51,597 nt of DNA from the NCBI GenBank assembly GCA_001938485.1, contig MQRK01215545.1, positions 1-51,597 of the forward strand, written 5' to 3'. Made by a program: the position numbers and the translations under genes. The DNA is from Girardia tigrina. Its lineage: Eukaryota. This document shows, one piece after another, positions 1 through 11,132 of this stretch (within the stretch, counting starts at the first letter, position 1; every line of letters starts with the position of its first letter). Under the pieces are notes generated by a model that saw only the letters and a program-made list of their open reading frames with translations, did no database searches and was not told where the DNA came from.

Positions 1-1
1 A

Positions 2-800
2 ACTACAAAATCAAAGGAAGAAAATGTAAAGATAACAGCTGCAGAAATGTTCGAAAAGATATACATAGACATTTGTGGACCTTGGAACGAAACAATAAGA
101 AGAGAAAAGTACATTTTCGTAATTATAGACCATTTCAGCAAATATATAAGCTTGACAGCTATTGAAAGACAGGACGAAGAAACGATTATACAAACCATAT
201 TACAAAAGTGGATACTAAAATTCGGTGCTCCAAAAGAGATACATTTCGATTGTGGTAAAAGTTTTGAATCGAAAAGAGTTAAAGAAATGTTGGAGGCAAG
301 AGGTATTAAGCTGATCTTTTCAAGTCCATATCACCATAATACTAATGGGATAATTGAGAGGCAATTCCGAACTATTCGAGAGTTCATCCAAGCAAGGCTT
401 AAAGAGAGAAACTCCATGAGTTGGGCAGACATATTACCAGAGGTATAATTTGCAATAAACGCTACAAAACAGGAAACGATAGGGTGCAGTCCAGCAGAAG
501 TAGTATTTGGGAGGAAAATAGACAGACAAAAATGGTACAGTGACAGTAAAACCGACCGAAAGAACTTAAGACAGGTGATAAAAGAGAAGAACACGCCAGT
601 GGAAACGGGAACGCGTGCAACTTATAAAGTGGGTGATAATGTGTGGATTATGAAAGAAGTAAGAAATAAAGGTGAGGACAAATTTGAAGGACCTTACGAA
701 ATTATTGAACAGATTCATGAGAGGAGTTATAGACTCAAAGATGAAAATGATAAACAAATAATAAGGAATGTTGAAAAATTCAAAAATTTCAAAAACGGGG
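2..800 (+). mobile_element. Ty3/Gypsy LTR retrotransposon integrase (3' end of pol) with one nonsense codon; ends in a polypurine-tract-like AAAAACGGGG at an N-gap
   Basis: One frame is open from 2 to 800 except TAA at 446-448. It carries rve motifs IDICGP, IIDHFSKY, FDCGKSF, SSPYHHNTNGIIER, SPAEVVFGR and the GPY/F motif KFEGPYEI. Confidence 0.92.
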
Positions 801-1071
801 NNNNNNNNNNNNNNNNNNNNNNNNNNNNNNNNNNNNNNNNNNNNNNNNNNNNNNNNNNNNNNNNNNNNNNNNNNNNNNNNNNNNNNNNNNNNNNNNNNNN
901 NNNNNNNNNNNNNNNNNNNNNNNNNNNNNNNNNNNNAGTAAGAAATAAAATAAATTTTATGATAGGGTTATTAAAAGATTTATGTAAAGATTTATTATAA
1001 AGTAAAAAAAAAGTTAATTTCAAATTTGATAATTTTTAAATCAAAATAAATTTAACATGTGGTTATAAATT

Positions 1072-1170
1072 TTAGTAAAATGTAATTATAATTTATTTTG
1101 TAAAATGTAATTATAATTTATTTTGTAAAATGTAGTTATAATTTTTTTTGAAAATGTAATTATAACTTTT
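1072..1170. repeat. About 25-bp AT-rich tandem repeat, about 4 copies (TTTGTAAAATGTAATTATAATTTAT)
   Basis: The repeated units are directly visible. Confidence 0.8.
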
Positions 1171-2351
1171 AGAAATTAAAATTGAAAGTAAAAAATAATT
1201 GTAGAACCATTAAATCGACTTAAATAAAAAATGCGATTTTTTAATTTTTTTTGAAAAATGTAATTGAGAAACAGGAAAATTTAAATGTTCCATAAAATTG
1301 AAAAATTAATAAAAGACGCAACAAAATCTTTGTGACAAAATTTTAATTCACTATATTTTNNNNNNNNNNNNNNNNNNNNNNNNNNNNNNNNNNNNNNNNN
1401 NNNNNNNNNNNNNNNNNNNNNNNNNNNNTTTTATTTATATTGGTTGTGTAAAAAAAGAAAGTACAAAAGTTCCTCAAAAATATTTGTTTAAAAAATTCAA
1501 ATTGTTATAGAAATAAATTTTGGTGTTCGTTATAATGTCTTGTGAGCAAGAATCCAATAAGGATTATAATTGAATTTTAGGAGTAATTTAATTTAATTTT
1601 CACCATTTACTTTAATTTTAGGATTTTGGAATTAGATTAGGAATTATTATTTCTATGAGTTAGTTAATTACGTGAATTGTTTCTAGGAAATCCTGCAAAC
1701 TATTAACTCGAATTGTTAACTGAGACTATTAACTCGAATTATTAACTAAAGTTATTAGCGAGAATTTCTAACCGATCTGTATTAACGTAACTATTTTATC
1801 GATTTATGAATGTCAACTTAGTAGAATTTTGTTTTGTCTGGAATTAAATTGCGAGTTAAATTGAAAGTTAAATTGAGATTTCTTTTAATAAAATTACAAG
1901 CTAATGAATCCCTAGTAAAGAAATGTTATGAATTAATATTTTTTATTGCAGCTCATAAATGAGAATTCACTGAGATAATTAATTCATCACGAAATTGCTA
2001 ATGTAATAAATTGTTATTTAACAACGGAAAATTGAAAACGCTGATTTAGTTAGTTTTTCAATCTTATTAAAAAACTCCGAATTGATTCTGGTGTAAGGTT
2101 ACCAAGTCGAACTAATAGGATATTTTAAAGAATTTGACGCGATAGTAATCGAACAATTTCGTGATTTAATCAATTTACTTAGCTCTGATACTAATGATTG
2201 TGTAAATGAATATAAATATATGCGACGTAATCATGATATTAATCTAATTTTTGATATTAATAATTACTTTGATTGATATAAATATATTTGGCGTAAATAT
2301 AAATGATACTAATACAAGTTATAGGAATATGAATACAACTGTTATATGTTA

Positions 2352-3130
2352 CATGGTGCGGCAGCTATTTGAGAACACGTAATATAGACACCATATCTTT
2401 TTGTGTGTTATAATTACATAATTTTATTTTTGCTGGTAGACATGGCAGAAGCTACTCTTACGAATGANNNNNNNNNNNNNNNNNNNNNNNNNNNNNNNNN
2501 NNNNNNNNNNNNNNNNNNNNNNNNNNNNNNNNNNNNNNNNNNNNNNNNNNNNNNNNNNNNNNNNNNNNNNNNNNNNNNNNNNNNNNNNNNNNNNNNNNNN
2601 NNNNNNNNNNNNNNNNNNNNNNNNNNNNNNNNNNNNNNNNNNNNNNNNNNNNNNNNNNNNNNNNNNNNNNNNNNNNNNNNNNNNNNNNNNNNNNNNNNNN
2701 NNNNNNNNNNNNNNNNNNNNNNNNNNNNNNNNNNNNNNNNNNNNNNNNNNNNNNNNNNNNNNNNNNNNNNNNNNNNNNNNNNNNNNNNNNNNNNNNNNNN
2801 NNNNNNNNNNNNNNNNNNNNNNNNNNNNNNNNNNNNNNNNNNNNNNNNNNNNNNNNNNNNNNNNNNNNNNNNNNNNNNNNNNNNNNNNNNNNNNNNNNNN
2901 NNNNNNNNNNNNNNNNNNNNNNNNNNNNNNNNNNNNNNNNNNNNNNNNNNNNNNNNNNNNNNNNNNNNNNNNNNNNNNNNNNNNNNNNNNNNNNNNNNNN
3001 NNNNNNNNNNNNNNTTTATGTACGTGTTAATATATGTACAATTTTAAATTGTAATAAATGTTATTTTTCTGTTGTATATTCATTTTTTGAACTTTATGTC
3101 ATTTTGTTCTCAAATAGCTGCCGCACCCTG
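2352..3130 (+). mobile_element. Short Tc1/mariner-superfamily element with about 26-bp TIRs and TA flanks; interior mostly N
   Basis: Left end TA|CATGGTGCGGCAGCTATTTGAGAACA and right end TGTTCTCAAATAGCTGCCGCACCCTG|TA differ by one mismatch. A possible transposase start (MAEATLTN) precedes the gap. Confidence 0.8.
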
Positions 3131-3178
3131 TATACAGTAGGGAAATAACGAATCCGTGCAAAGTTAAAAGGGACTGAT

Positions 3179-3662
3179 TGTCGATATGCCGCGAGATAAA
3201 TGGGTTACACAACGATAACGACACATACTGTTGTTGATAATACTTCTAGAAACCCAACAGTGCTGCAAGCCACATTACACATCATTGCCATAAGCTCAAA
3301 ATCACATAACACAAGGCCACAAGTTATAAATCGACATAACCGTACAACAAGTTTCAGCATACCTATTAAGTATAAGACGTGATCCAAATCTACTGATGAA
3401 CATTTGTACAAAACATACCCCGATCGACTCTGAGTTTGGTGGGGGGCCCATATCCCATCCCGTCTTTATCCGAACCCGCAGGCCCTTCAGACTCGGCACT
3501 GCCAGGCAGATGTCGAGCGAGAAGAGGCGTCGCCCCTATAATGTATAAATAATATATACAGTCATAGTTGAGTAATAAATTAAGACTGGGTTGTGACTGA
3601 CCCTTAATAGTCACTGGGGGCTCTGAGCGTTCAAAACTGCTACGAACAAATGGGTCGTGACA
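3179..3662 (+). mobile_element. Solo-LTR-like repeat, copy 1 (TGTC...GACA termini)
   Basis: Homologous end to end with 10585-11132. It has a TATA-like TATAAAT at about 3544, AATAAA at about 3574 and a GC-rich core. No clear TSD. Confidence 0.65.
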
Positions 3663-3814
3663 CTATTCAAAAGAAAGGAAAGAAAAGGAAAATGAAAAGA
3701 AATAATTTTTAATATGATTTATTATTTCGGATTATGAAATAATTAATAATACGAATTTAAAATTTAAAATTTTATGTCATCGATATTAAAAATTAATCAA
3801 TAAAACAATAATAA

Positions 3815-4068
3815 TTACCTAACGACGAAAATATTATTTCGCTCGAATATATTACTTTTCCTGAATTTATTATCTCGCCAGAAAACATTGTTTCACCTGA
3901 AGATATCATAATTCCTGAAAACATTATATTATCCGAAAATATTATTTCCCCCGAATATATTATATTGCCTTACAATCTTATTTCGTTTGAAAAAAATTGT
4001 TTAGTGGGCCAATATTTGAAAAGACAAGAATCCAACCGATCCTTTTTTGTGTTAACTTTCGATACTTA
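3815..4068 (+). other. Stop-free stretch encoding about 9 hexapeptide repeats (consensus ENIISP); no ATG
   Basis: Manual translation from 3827 gives ENIISL EYITFP EFIISP ENIVSP EDIIIP ENIILS ENIISP EYIILP YNLISF. Confidence 0.55.
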
Positions 4069-6420
4069 ACAAATTTGTCATCACTTAACTATAACAGTAT
4101 TGGGATCAGTCATTTCGGTATAACATCATACTATCTTGTAAGTGTTTTGTTATTCTATTAAAATTTTAATAGTAGAAACCTCGATTCTCTTTTTATAGAT
4201 TATTATTTTATTTTTATTTGGTTTTTTTATAACTAAACGCATCAATGACTACCCTTTGATTAGTTTAGTTGTTGCTTCATTATATATTTGTTTATAGTAA
4301 AAAATAGACGATTCATCTCAATAACGCCCGAGTATCGAATCTTTTATTTTTTACAATAATTAACAGATTGCCAAGGGTAATTTGAAATTAAAAAACCGAT
4401 CGATAAAACGATCAGAAATATTGGATTAGATTAATAAATTAAATCGGCTTACTTGCCATGGATAAAATCAAAGAATTATTATTTTTGACTACAAATTAAC
4501 AAAGAAAATAATTTAATCAGAGAAGATTTTATTTTATTACTGATTATTGAAGATCTTCTTTTGCCAAATAATCTCAATCCAAGAAGTATCAAACGCCGAA
4601 ATCATCTAAAGAAAAGATTAAATAGTTACAGAGAAAACAGAACGTCAGAAAGAACATATTTCAAGGATAAAACGAATAAAACTGTATTTTCTATCCTGGT
4701 AATGCGGTTTCCTCTATAATTAATTTCCAATCAATAAACAGGACCAACCTTAAGTAACGTTATTTATTTTTGTTGTATTAATTCCATCCTCCAACCTATC
4801 CTTTATTACTGCGATTCATAATTACCTTGCTTCAATATCCTTCTGTCAAAAGTTTGTTTGTTTAATAGAATCAATTTTAAACTAAAGTTATTATTATTAG
4901 TGTCATTAAAGCTGTATAATAGAATTGGTTAGAAGATAGATAATTATAATCCGTCTAACTAATTGTATTCTACAACAGTATTACTTCAATATTACAGTGG
5001 CAAATTAAATTTAAGATGGTCCGCGCTGTCCACCGTTAGTTACGTGTTAACCAAAATTATGTAAACAAATATACAATAAGAAGAGTTATAAATAGAAATT
5101 AATATTAAAATATAGAAATTGTTTTGCGACTTGGAGAAATGTTCAATCCACACGGGATGAGGGAGAAAGCAGATGTAAAAGAGCTAACTGAAAACGTGTT
5201 TCAGTGAACTCATTTAACGTAAAAAAATAAAGATAAATATTTATAAAACTTTTATTTTTATACAATATAAATAAACATACATAACAAAAAAAATCACATA
5301 CGAGAGAGAGAACGGCACAGATAAATCTCGATTTCGATTTGTGTTTGTTGTTCAAAGGTTTCAAGGAATGATCTTCTGTTGTGACAATATCGATGGAATC
5401 ATTCGGTTGCACAACGAGATTTTGAGAAACTAAATCACATGAAGAGGAGTACTTTCAGAGGGAATATTGATAAATTGGTTTGCAGAAAATTCCTTTACGA
5501 ACCGATTTTACCAGAAAACGCCCCGCAGACAATATAGTATAATTGTAAACATTAATATTAATGATTGTTNNNNNNNNNNNNNNNNNNNNNNNNNNNNNNN
5601 NNNNNNNNNNNNNNNNNNNNNNNNNNNNNNNNNNNNNNNNNNNNNNNNNNNNNNNNNNNNNNNNNNNNNNNNNNNNNNNNNNNNNNNNNNNNNNNNNNNN
5701 NNNNNNNNNNNNNNNNAGCAGAAGAGCGTGGCAAAATGGTGAAATAAAATTCCGAAATCATTTCGAATCTTATATTATTCAAGATAATGCTCAGTCGAGT
5801 CGCATTCACTCAAAGTCGGACAAATTTTGTAAATGATTCAAGATGAAGTATCGCTAACGTATTTGTTATTTAAAATAGTAATGAGAAATCCATTGTAAAT
5901 CATTTCTCGATAAATATCAATATATTTGTATCAAAAAATAAATTAATCAAATTTAAAAAATAATTGTAAAAAAATATTAATAATTTTAACAGAGGTAGTT
6001 TTGCCAAATTAATAAAAAAAAAGAAAACTATTGAAATAAAATATGGCATCGTAGTGGTTTTGAAATTATTGTGTTAATCGTGGCTGTTTGTGGTTGTCCA
6101 ATATTTTTAGTTGGTTTTTGTAATGATATGACGAACCATCATCGATAGTCACTGCTAGGAGAAAGTTTGTTCAAATTCACATTAATAGTTTGTAATTGGG
6201 AGGTAGCCTCGAAATTGTTCGAGTTTGAATGCCGATTGTAATCTGCTGGCCGTCGTTATCTCTCAACACTTCACCAAGAGAATCTTTTTACAATTTTCGA
6301 TGATGGTTTGGTTTACGAGACTGAGCTGCTGAATAAAAATTACTTCTTGAATTTATGGGATCTTCAGATTTTGAATCGCGTGATAGTCGAATTCAATAAC
6401 TCTATTTTATTTCCTTTCGA

Positions 6421-6698
6421 CCTATACCTTTTACAATTCAATTTCACAAAAATGAAAATCAATTTCCCATTAATGAAAATAAATTTCACAAAAATGAAAA
6501 TATAAAAACTTAAATGAAAATAAATATCAAATATAAATCGAAACAGGATATTTAGACGTGGATATTTTTTATTATTATCAGAACCTGATATTTTTACTAA
6601 AAATTATTAAATTACTTTTTTGGTTTGGTAATTGATATATGGAAACTGTCATTTTTTAGATATCAATAAGTTTTTGTTTTTTTGTCATTAAATTTTAA
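6421..6698 (+). repeat. Left arm of a long inverted repeat (pairs with 9325-9583)
   Basis: CTATACCTTTTACAATTCAATTTCAC...GATATATGGAAAC...TTTTTAGAT is the imperfect reverse complement of 9325-9583. It has internal AAAATGAAAAT subrepeats. Confidence 0.85.
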
Positions 6699-6719
6699 CA
6701 ACAATTTCGCTGTCTTATG

Positions 6720-7174
6720 AAATATTGGATATACGCTAATCGTTCATTATTCAGAAGTTTACAAAAAATTGAAATCGTCTATTTTAAAATCAATCGATAG
6801 TAAAAATTTGAATTTAAAGTCATTTCTAAATCTTACAAAATTCAAAGTATATTCAGCAATAAATCTCGTACTCCTTTGAGTTTATGTTCCAATCAGGTTT
6901 ATGAATTTTCGTGTAATGGGTGCAACGCTACATACATTGGAGAGACGTCTCGTCATCTCAGGAGCATGGACGATTGGGTAATGGGAGTAATATTGCTGGA
7001 CATATGAAGGGTTGTAAGTCGGAGGTGAAAAGAACGAATTTTAAAATATTCTGTAGTAATTTTAAAAATTATTGGGAAAGAGTTACTTGTGAGGCATTAT
7101 CGATTAAATCACTTAATCCGTCCATTAATGTACAAACAAGTCTCTCTTCCAATTTGTTGAAAATATTTAATTAG
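6720..7174 (+). mobile_element. Penelope-like element 3' fragment: GIY-YIG endonuclease, frameshifted
   Basis: SNQVYEFSCNGCNATYIGETSRHL is followed by a frameshift into EHG...HMKGC...NFKI...EALSIKSLNPSINVQ, the typical PLE GIY-YIG C-terminus. Confidence 0.88.
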
Positions 7175-7935
7175 TTATTGTTGTATCTCCGCAGAGGTTC
7201 TTAATTTTTTAAATTGTATATTTTGAGAAATGTGATCAAAAGATTTCAAAATTATATCAAACAGGAATTTCATATCTTTATTTGTTTTCACTTTAATATT
7301 GGTCATCAATTCACAATAACTGCTAATCATGGACCAATAAATAACATTTGAACATTTACGGTTATTATCATTTTGCATCCATTGCAAGAGTCCTTCAACT
7401 TTTTGGAAAAAATTAAATAAGGACAAACCATTGTCATTGTTGGCGCTCATCAATAATGCAAACAATGCATAACACTCTCTCTCGAAAGCCTCGAAATTGA
7501 AAACACAACCGGAATCCATTGTTGTTATCAAATCGCATTCAAAACTGATTACGACTCTGGAAAACTCAATCAATAAGCTGGCCATTAACATAACCATTTT
7601 AGGAGTCAAAGATGATTGATCCTTCAATCCATGCAATCCTTGAGCATCAAAAATTTGAAACAAACAACCGATCACATCAGATTTGGTTCGGGAATCACCG
7701 ACTTTCAAAAACGCAAGTAAATCATCTATAACATCCGTATTGACCATTAGATACCGCAATAAATCTGGCATCGACTCCACCACAACGATTTTACTATCTA
7801 TTTCTGCGACTTGAACGATAGAAAAACAATTTAATAGTTCTCCAAAACTGACAAAAACGCCATCAATGATCGATAGATAAACGGTCAATCCCTGTCTCAT
7901 CGACAATCGAATCAAGGAATTGACAAAATTAATCA
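7175..7935 (-). CDS. Uncharacterised helical (ARM/HEAT-like) protein exon, about 250 codons; 5' end lost in an N-gap
   Basis: Long stop-free frame in AT-rich DNA with an amphipathic Leu/Ile/Phe pattern; family not recognised. Confidence 0.6.
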
Positions 7936-8930
7936 NNNNNNNNNNNNNNNNNNNNNNNNNNNNNNNNNNNNNNNNNNNNNNNNNNNNNNNNNNNNNNNNN
8001 NNNNNNNNNNNNNNNNNNNNNNNNNNNNNNNNNNNNNNNNNNNNNNNNNNNNNNNNNNNNNNNNNNNNNNNNNNNNNNNNNNNNNNNNNNNNNNNNNNNN
8101 NNNNNNNNNNNNNNNNNNNNNNNNNNNNNNNNNNNNNNNNNNNNNNNNNNNNNNNNNNNNNNNNNNNNNNNNNNNNNNNNNNNNNNNNNNNNNNNNNNNN
8201 NNNNNNNNNNNNNNNNNNNNNNNNNNNNNNNNNNNNNNNNNNNNNNNNNNNNNNNNNNNNNNNNNNNNNNNNNNNNNNNNNNNNNNNNNNNNNNNNNNNN
8301 NNNNNNNNNNNNNNNNNNNNNNNNNNNNNNNNNNNNNNNNNNNNNNNNNNNNNNNNNNNNNNNNNNNNNNNNNNNNNNNNNNNNNNNNNNNNNNNNNNNN
8401 NNNNNNNNNNNNNNNNNNNNNNNNNNNNNNNNNNNNNNNNNNNNNNNNNNNNNNNNNNNNNNNNNNNNNNNNNNNNNNNNNNNNNNNNNNNNNNNNNNNN
8501 NNNNNNNNNNNNNNNNNNNNNNNNNNNNNNNNNNNNNNNNNNNNNNNNNNNNNNNNNNNNNNNNNNNNNNNNNNNNNNNNNNNNNNNNNNNNNNNNNNNN
8601 NNNNNNNNNNNNNNNNNNNNNNNNNNNNNNNNNNNNNNNNNNNNNNNNNNNNNNNNNNNNNNNNNNNNNNNNNNNNNNNNNNNNNNNNNNNNNNNNNNNN
8701 NNNNNNNNNNNNNNNNNNNNNNNNNNNNNNNNNNNNNNNNNTTATTTAATTTTATTTTAATTAGTTTAATCAATTATTTTAATTAAATTATTTAAAATAT
8801 TGATTTATTTTTAACAAATGGGTTCAAAAAATGAGTCAAAATGGAATCGCAGCGCGACCAGTTATTATGCAAGATGTTTACATAATCATCAATTTGATAT
8901 ATATAAGACAACGAAATTGTTGTTAATTCA

Positions 8931-8967
8931 GCCTGAAGATGATGGAAAATCCACCGAAATATATTGC
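8931..8967 (+). ncRNA. Minimal type I hammerhead ribozyme of Penelope pLTR type
   Basis: Layout: GC, CUGAAGA (8933-8939), U, stem II GAUGGA/UCCACC (one mismatch), GAAA (8956-8959), palindromic AUAUAU, U17, then GC closing helix I. AATAAA follows at 8968 and TATATATAA precedes at about 8898. Confidence 0.72.
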
Positions 8968-9324
8968 AATAAAATTTGATTTTAATGGTGTTCTTAAATA
9001 TAAAATTTTGCCATTATTTTTTAAATTTCTTTTTAAGTAAAAGTAAATCATATTTTTAATTTTTTAATTTATTTCATAGCTTTAAGTAAAATTAAATATA
9101 AATTAATTTGTTTTTGTGTTTGTGACTTGGTTTTTAATACATCATTATTGGAAGGGACAATTTTTAATTTTAATAAATGATCATTTAAATTTTTAATTTA
9201 TTAATTTAAATGTCATTTACATTAGTTAATATTTGGTTACTGGTATTTTTTAGATTTAAAAAAATGAATATTATTATAAAAATATTATTTAATTTTACTT
9301 AAAACTAAAAATAATTATACATAC

Positions 9325-9583
9325 TTAAAACCTAATTAAAAAAAAACAAAAATAATACTGAAATCTAAAAAATCTCGGTTTCCATATATCATTACCAAAC
9401 AAAAAAATAATTTAATAATTTTTAGTTAAAATATCAGGTTTTGATATTTATAAAAAAAATATCCGCATCCAAACATCCTGCTTCGGTTTATATTTGATAT
9501 TTATTTTCATTTATGTTTTCATATTTTCATTTTTGTGAAATTGATTTTCATTGGTGTGAAATTGAATTGTAAAAGGTATAGTG
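9325..9583 (-). repeat. Right arm of the long inverted repeat; terminus reads CACTATACC on the minus strand
   Basis: Imperfect reverse complement of 6421-6698. Confidence 0.85.
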
Positions 9584-10584
9584 AGATAGGATTGTGTTTC
9601 CCCCAACGACCCCGATACCTTCCATCAGTGCCATTTCGCCTTGGCCGCACTGCCAATTCTCTATCATCCGAAATAATAAAATAAAATAAAAGATTAAAAT
9701 GTATTGAATATTAATATGAGGCGGCCGTTTCATTCCTTACTTCTGGATGCAGTCAAGAATTATCGAAACAAATTGGTTGCCAATTAGACAATTGCTAAAA
9801 AAAATTAGGTCATACATAGGAATTAATGTTTTATTAATTGTAAATTTTGTGGGGGTTTTGTAATTAACGACTTTGCTAATATAGTTGAATTTTTAATAGC
9901 TTACGGGTAGTCCTCGGGTTTTATATGGGGTGTGTGCACGGTTCCACGTCAAAATTTCGCGTTCAAAATGTCGTTGTCGGATTGTTGATGATAAAAATAT
10001 CACGTAGTCAAAATATCGCGAATATAAAATGTTTAAGAAACTAAATAAAAATTAGTATTTTTACTTAAAATAAATTAAAAGTAGTATATGAATTATAAAA
10101 ATAAAGCATAAAAACAAAATAAACAAAAACTGTTTGCATTTAATATTCAAAACAAAAAAATATTTTAGAAATCCATTTTTATTCACTAAAAAACGTTTGT
10201 TTCTTTAATATTTTCTTATTAAACATTTAAATGATAATTGCTTGCTACATCCTTCAAATAATTTAAAATGAATGCATTATTATTAAAGTTGGTTAACCCG
10301 ATTGAGATTGAAGGATGCGATAAGATTCCAATAATTACTGACGTAAGATCAGTACGGTTAAGTTATGCGTCAGAAACGATCGCGCTAGACATGGACGAGA
10401 GTTTGAGTGATAATCCATCGATGAATTCAATTACACAAATTATGAAGTCAGTGAAGCAGTCAGAGAACCTAGACGTGTGTATTAATTGAACCGCGAATTC
10501 ACTTAGATAAAACTAAATTTTGATGGCGTTGATTAAAATTTTGTTTTGATAAATAAATAGTGTATATGCTTTAGAGAGATCTGT

Positions 10585-11132
10585 TGTCGATAATCAATAA
10601 ATGTTACAACGATAGTCATTAAATAATGTAATGATGATTGATAAATAATTAATGGATAAATAATATATCGATGTTGGCTACATGACGGTAACTAATCGCA
10701 TCTGATAATTTATGTAATATATTTCAGGTATACCCGTAGCGCACAGGGTCACAGAAGCCCAATAATGCCGCAAGTTCAACAGAACATATGCATAACAGTG
10801 CCACAAGTTGAAATTCTCGACATAACCTTTACATTTCAGACAGGCATGAGCGACGCATTCGTCAGAGGGATACATAACTACATATGCTTTCAATCATCCC
10901 CGAGCCACACTGAACTAGGTGGGGGGCCCATAGCCTATCCTATCTTGAACCGAACCCAAAGACCCCCTGAGCTTGGCACTGTTAGGCAGATGTCAGGCAA
11001 GAAGGGAGGCGTCCGACCCTAGCATATATTATTAAAATCAAAATGAAATTAGAGTGGGTTGTGGTTGACCCTTAACAATCACTGGGGGCTCTTGAGCTAT
11101 CAAAAATGTTTTCACTCAAAGGGTTCGTGACA
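10585..11132 (+). mobile_element. Solo-LTR-like repeat, copy 2
   Basis: Termini TGTCGATA...TCGTGACA. It shares the GGTGGGGGGCCCATA, GGCACTG..AGGCAGATGTC and GGGTTGTG..GACCCTTAA..TCACTGGGGGCTC blocks with 3179-3662. Confidence 0.65.

Noticed and set aside
446-448. In-frame TAA in the integrase, and TGA at a Trp position in mariner (about 45959), as signs of a variant genetic code
   Set aside because: These are isolated single-base changes in dead elements. TGG is used for Trp elsewhere and TAA ends the RING gene normally.
7175-7935. Assignment of the helical ORF to condensin CAP-G
   Set aside because: Only one short, weak resemblance (LKVGDSRTKSDVIGCLFQIF); not supportable without a profile search.
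2403-8786. Long ORF-track entries full of X (2403-3047, 5467-5836, 7920-8786; also 17459-17733)
   Set aside because: They are artefacts of translating through N-gaps.
10840-10870. CTGACGA...GAAA on the minus strand of LTR-like copy 2 (and CTGATGA at about 3393) as a retrozyme hammerhead
   Set aside because: There is no pairing for stem II and the motif is not conserved between the two copies.
10765-11022. ORFs inside the LTR-like repeats (also 3302-3614)
   Set aside because: Start and stop positions are not shared between the copies, and substitutions do not clearly favour one frame.
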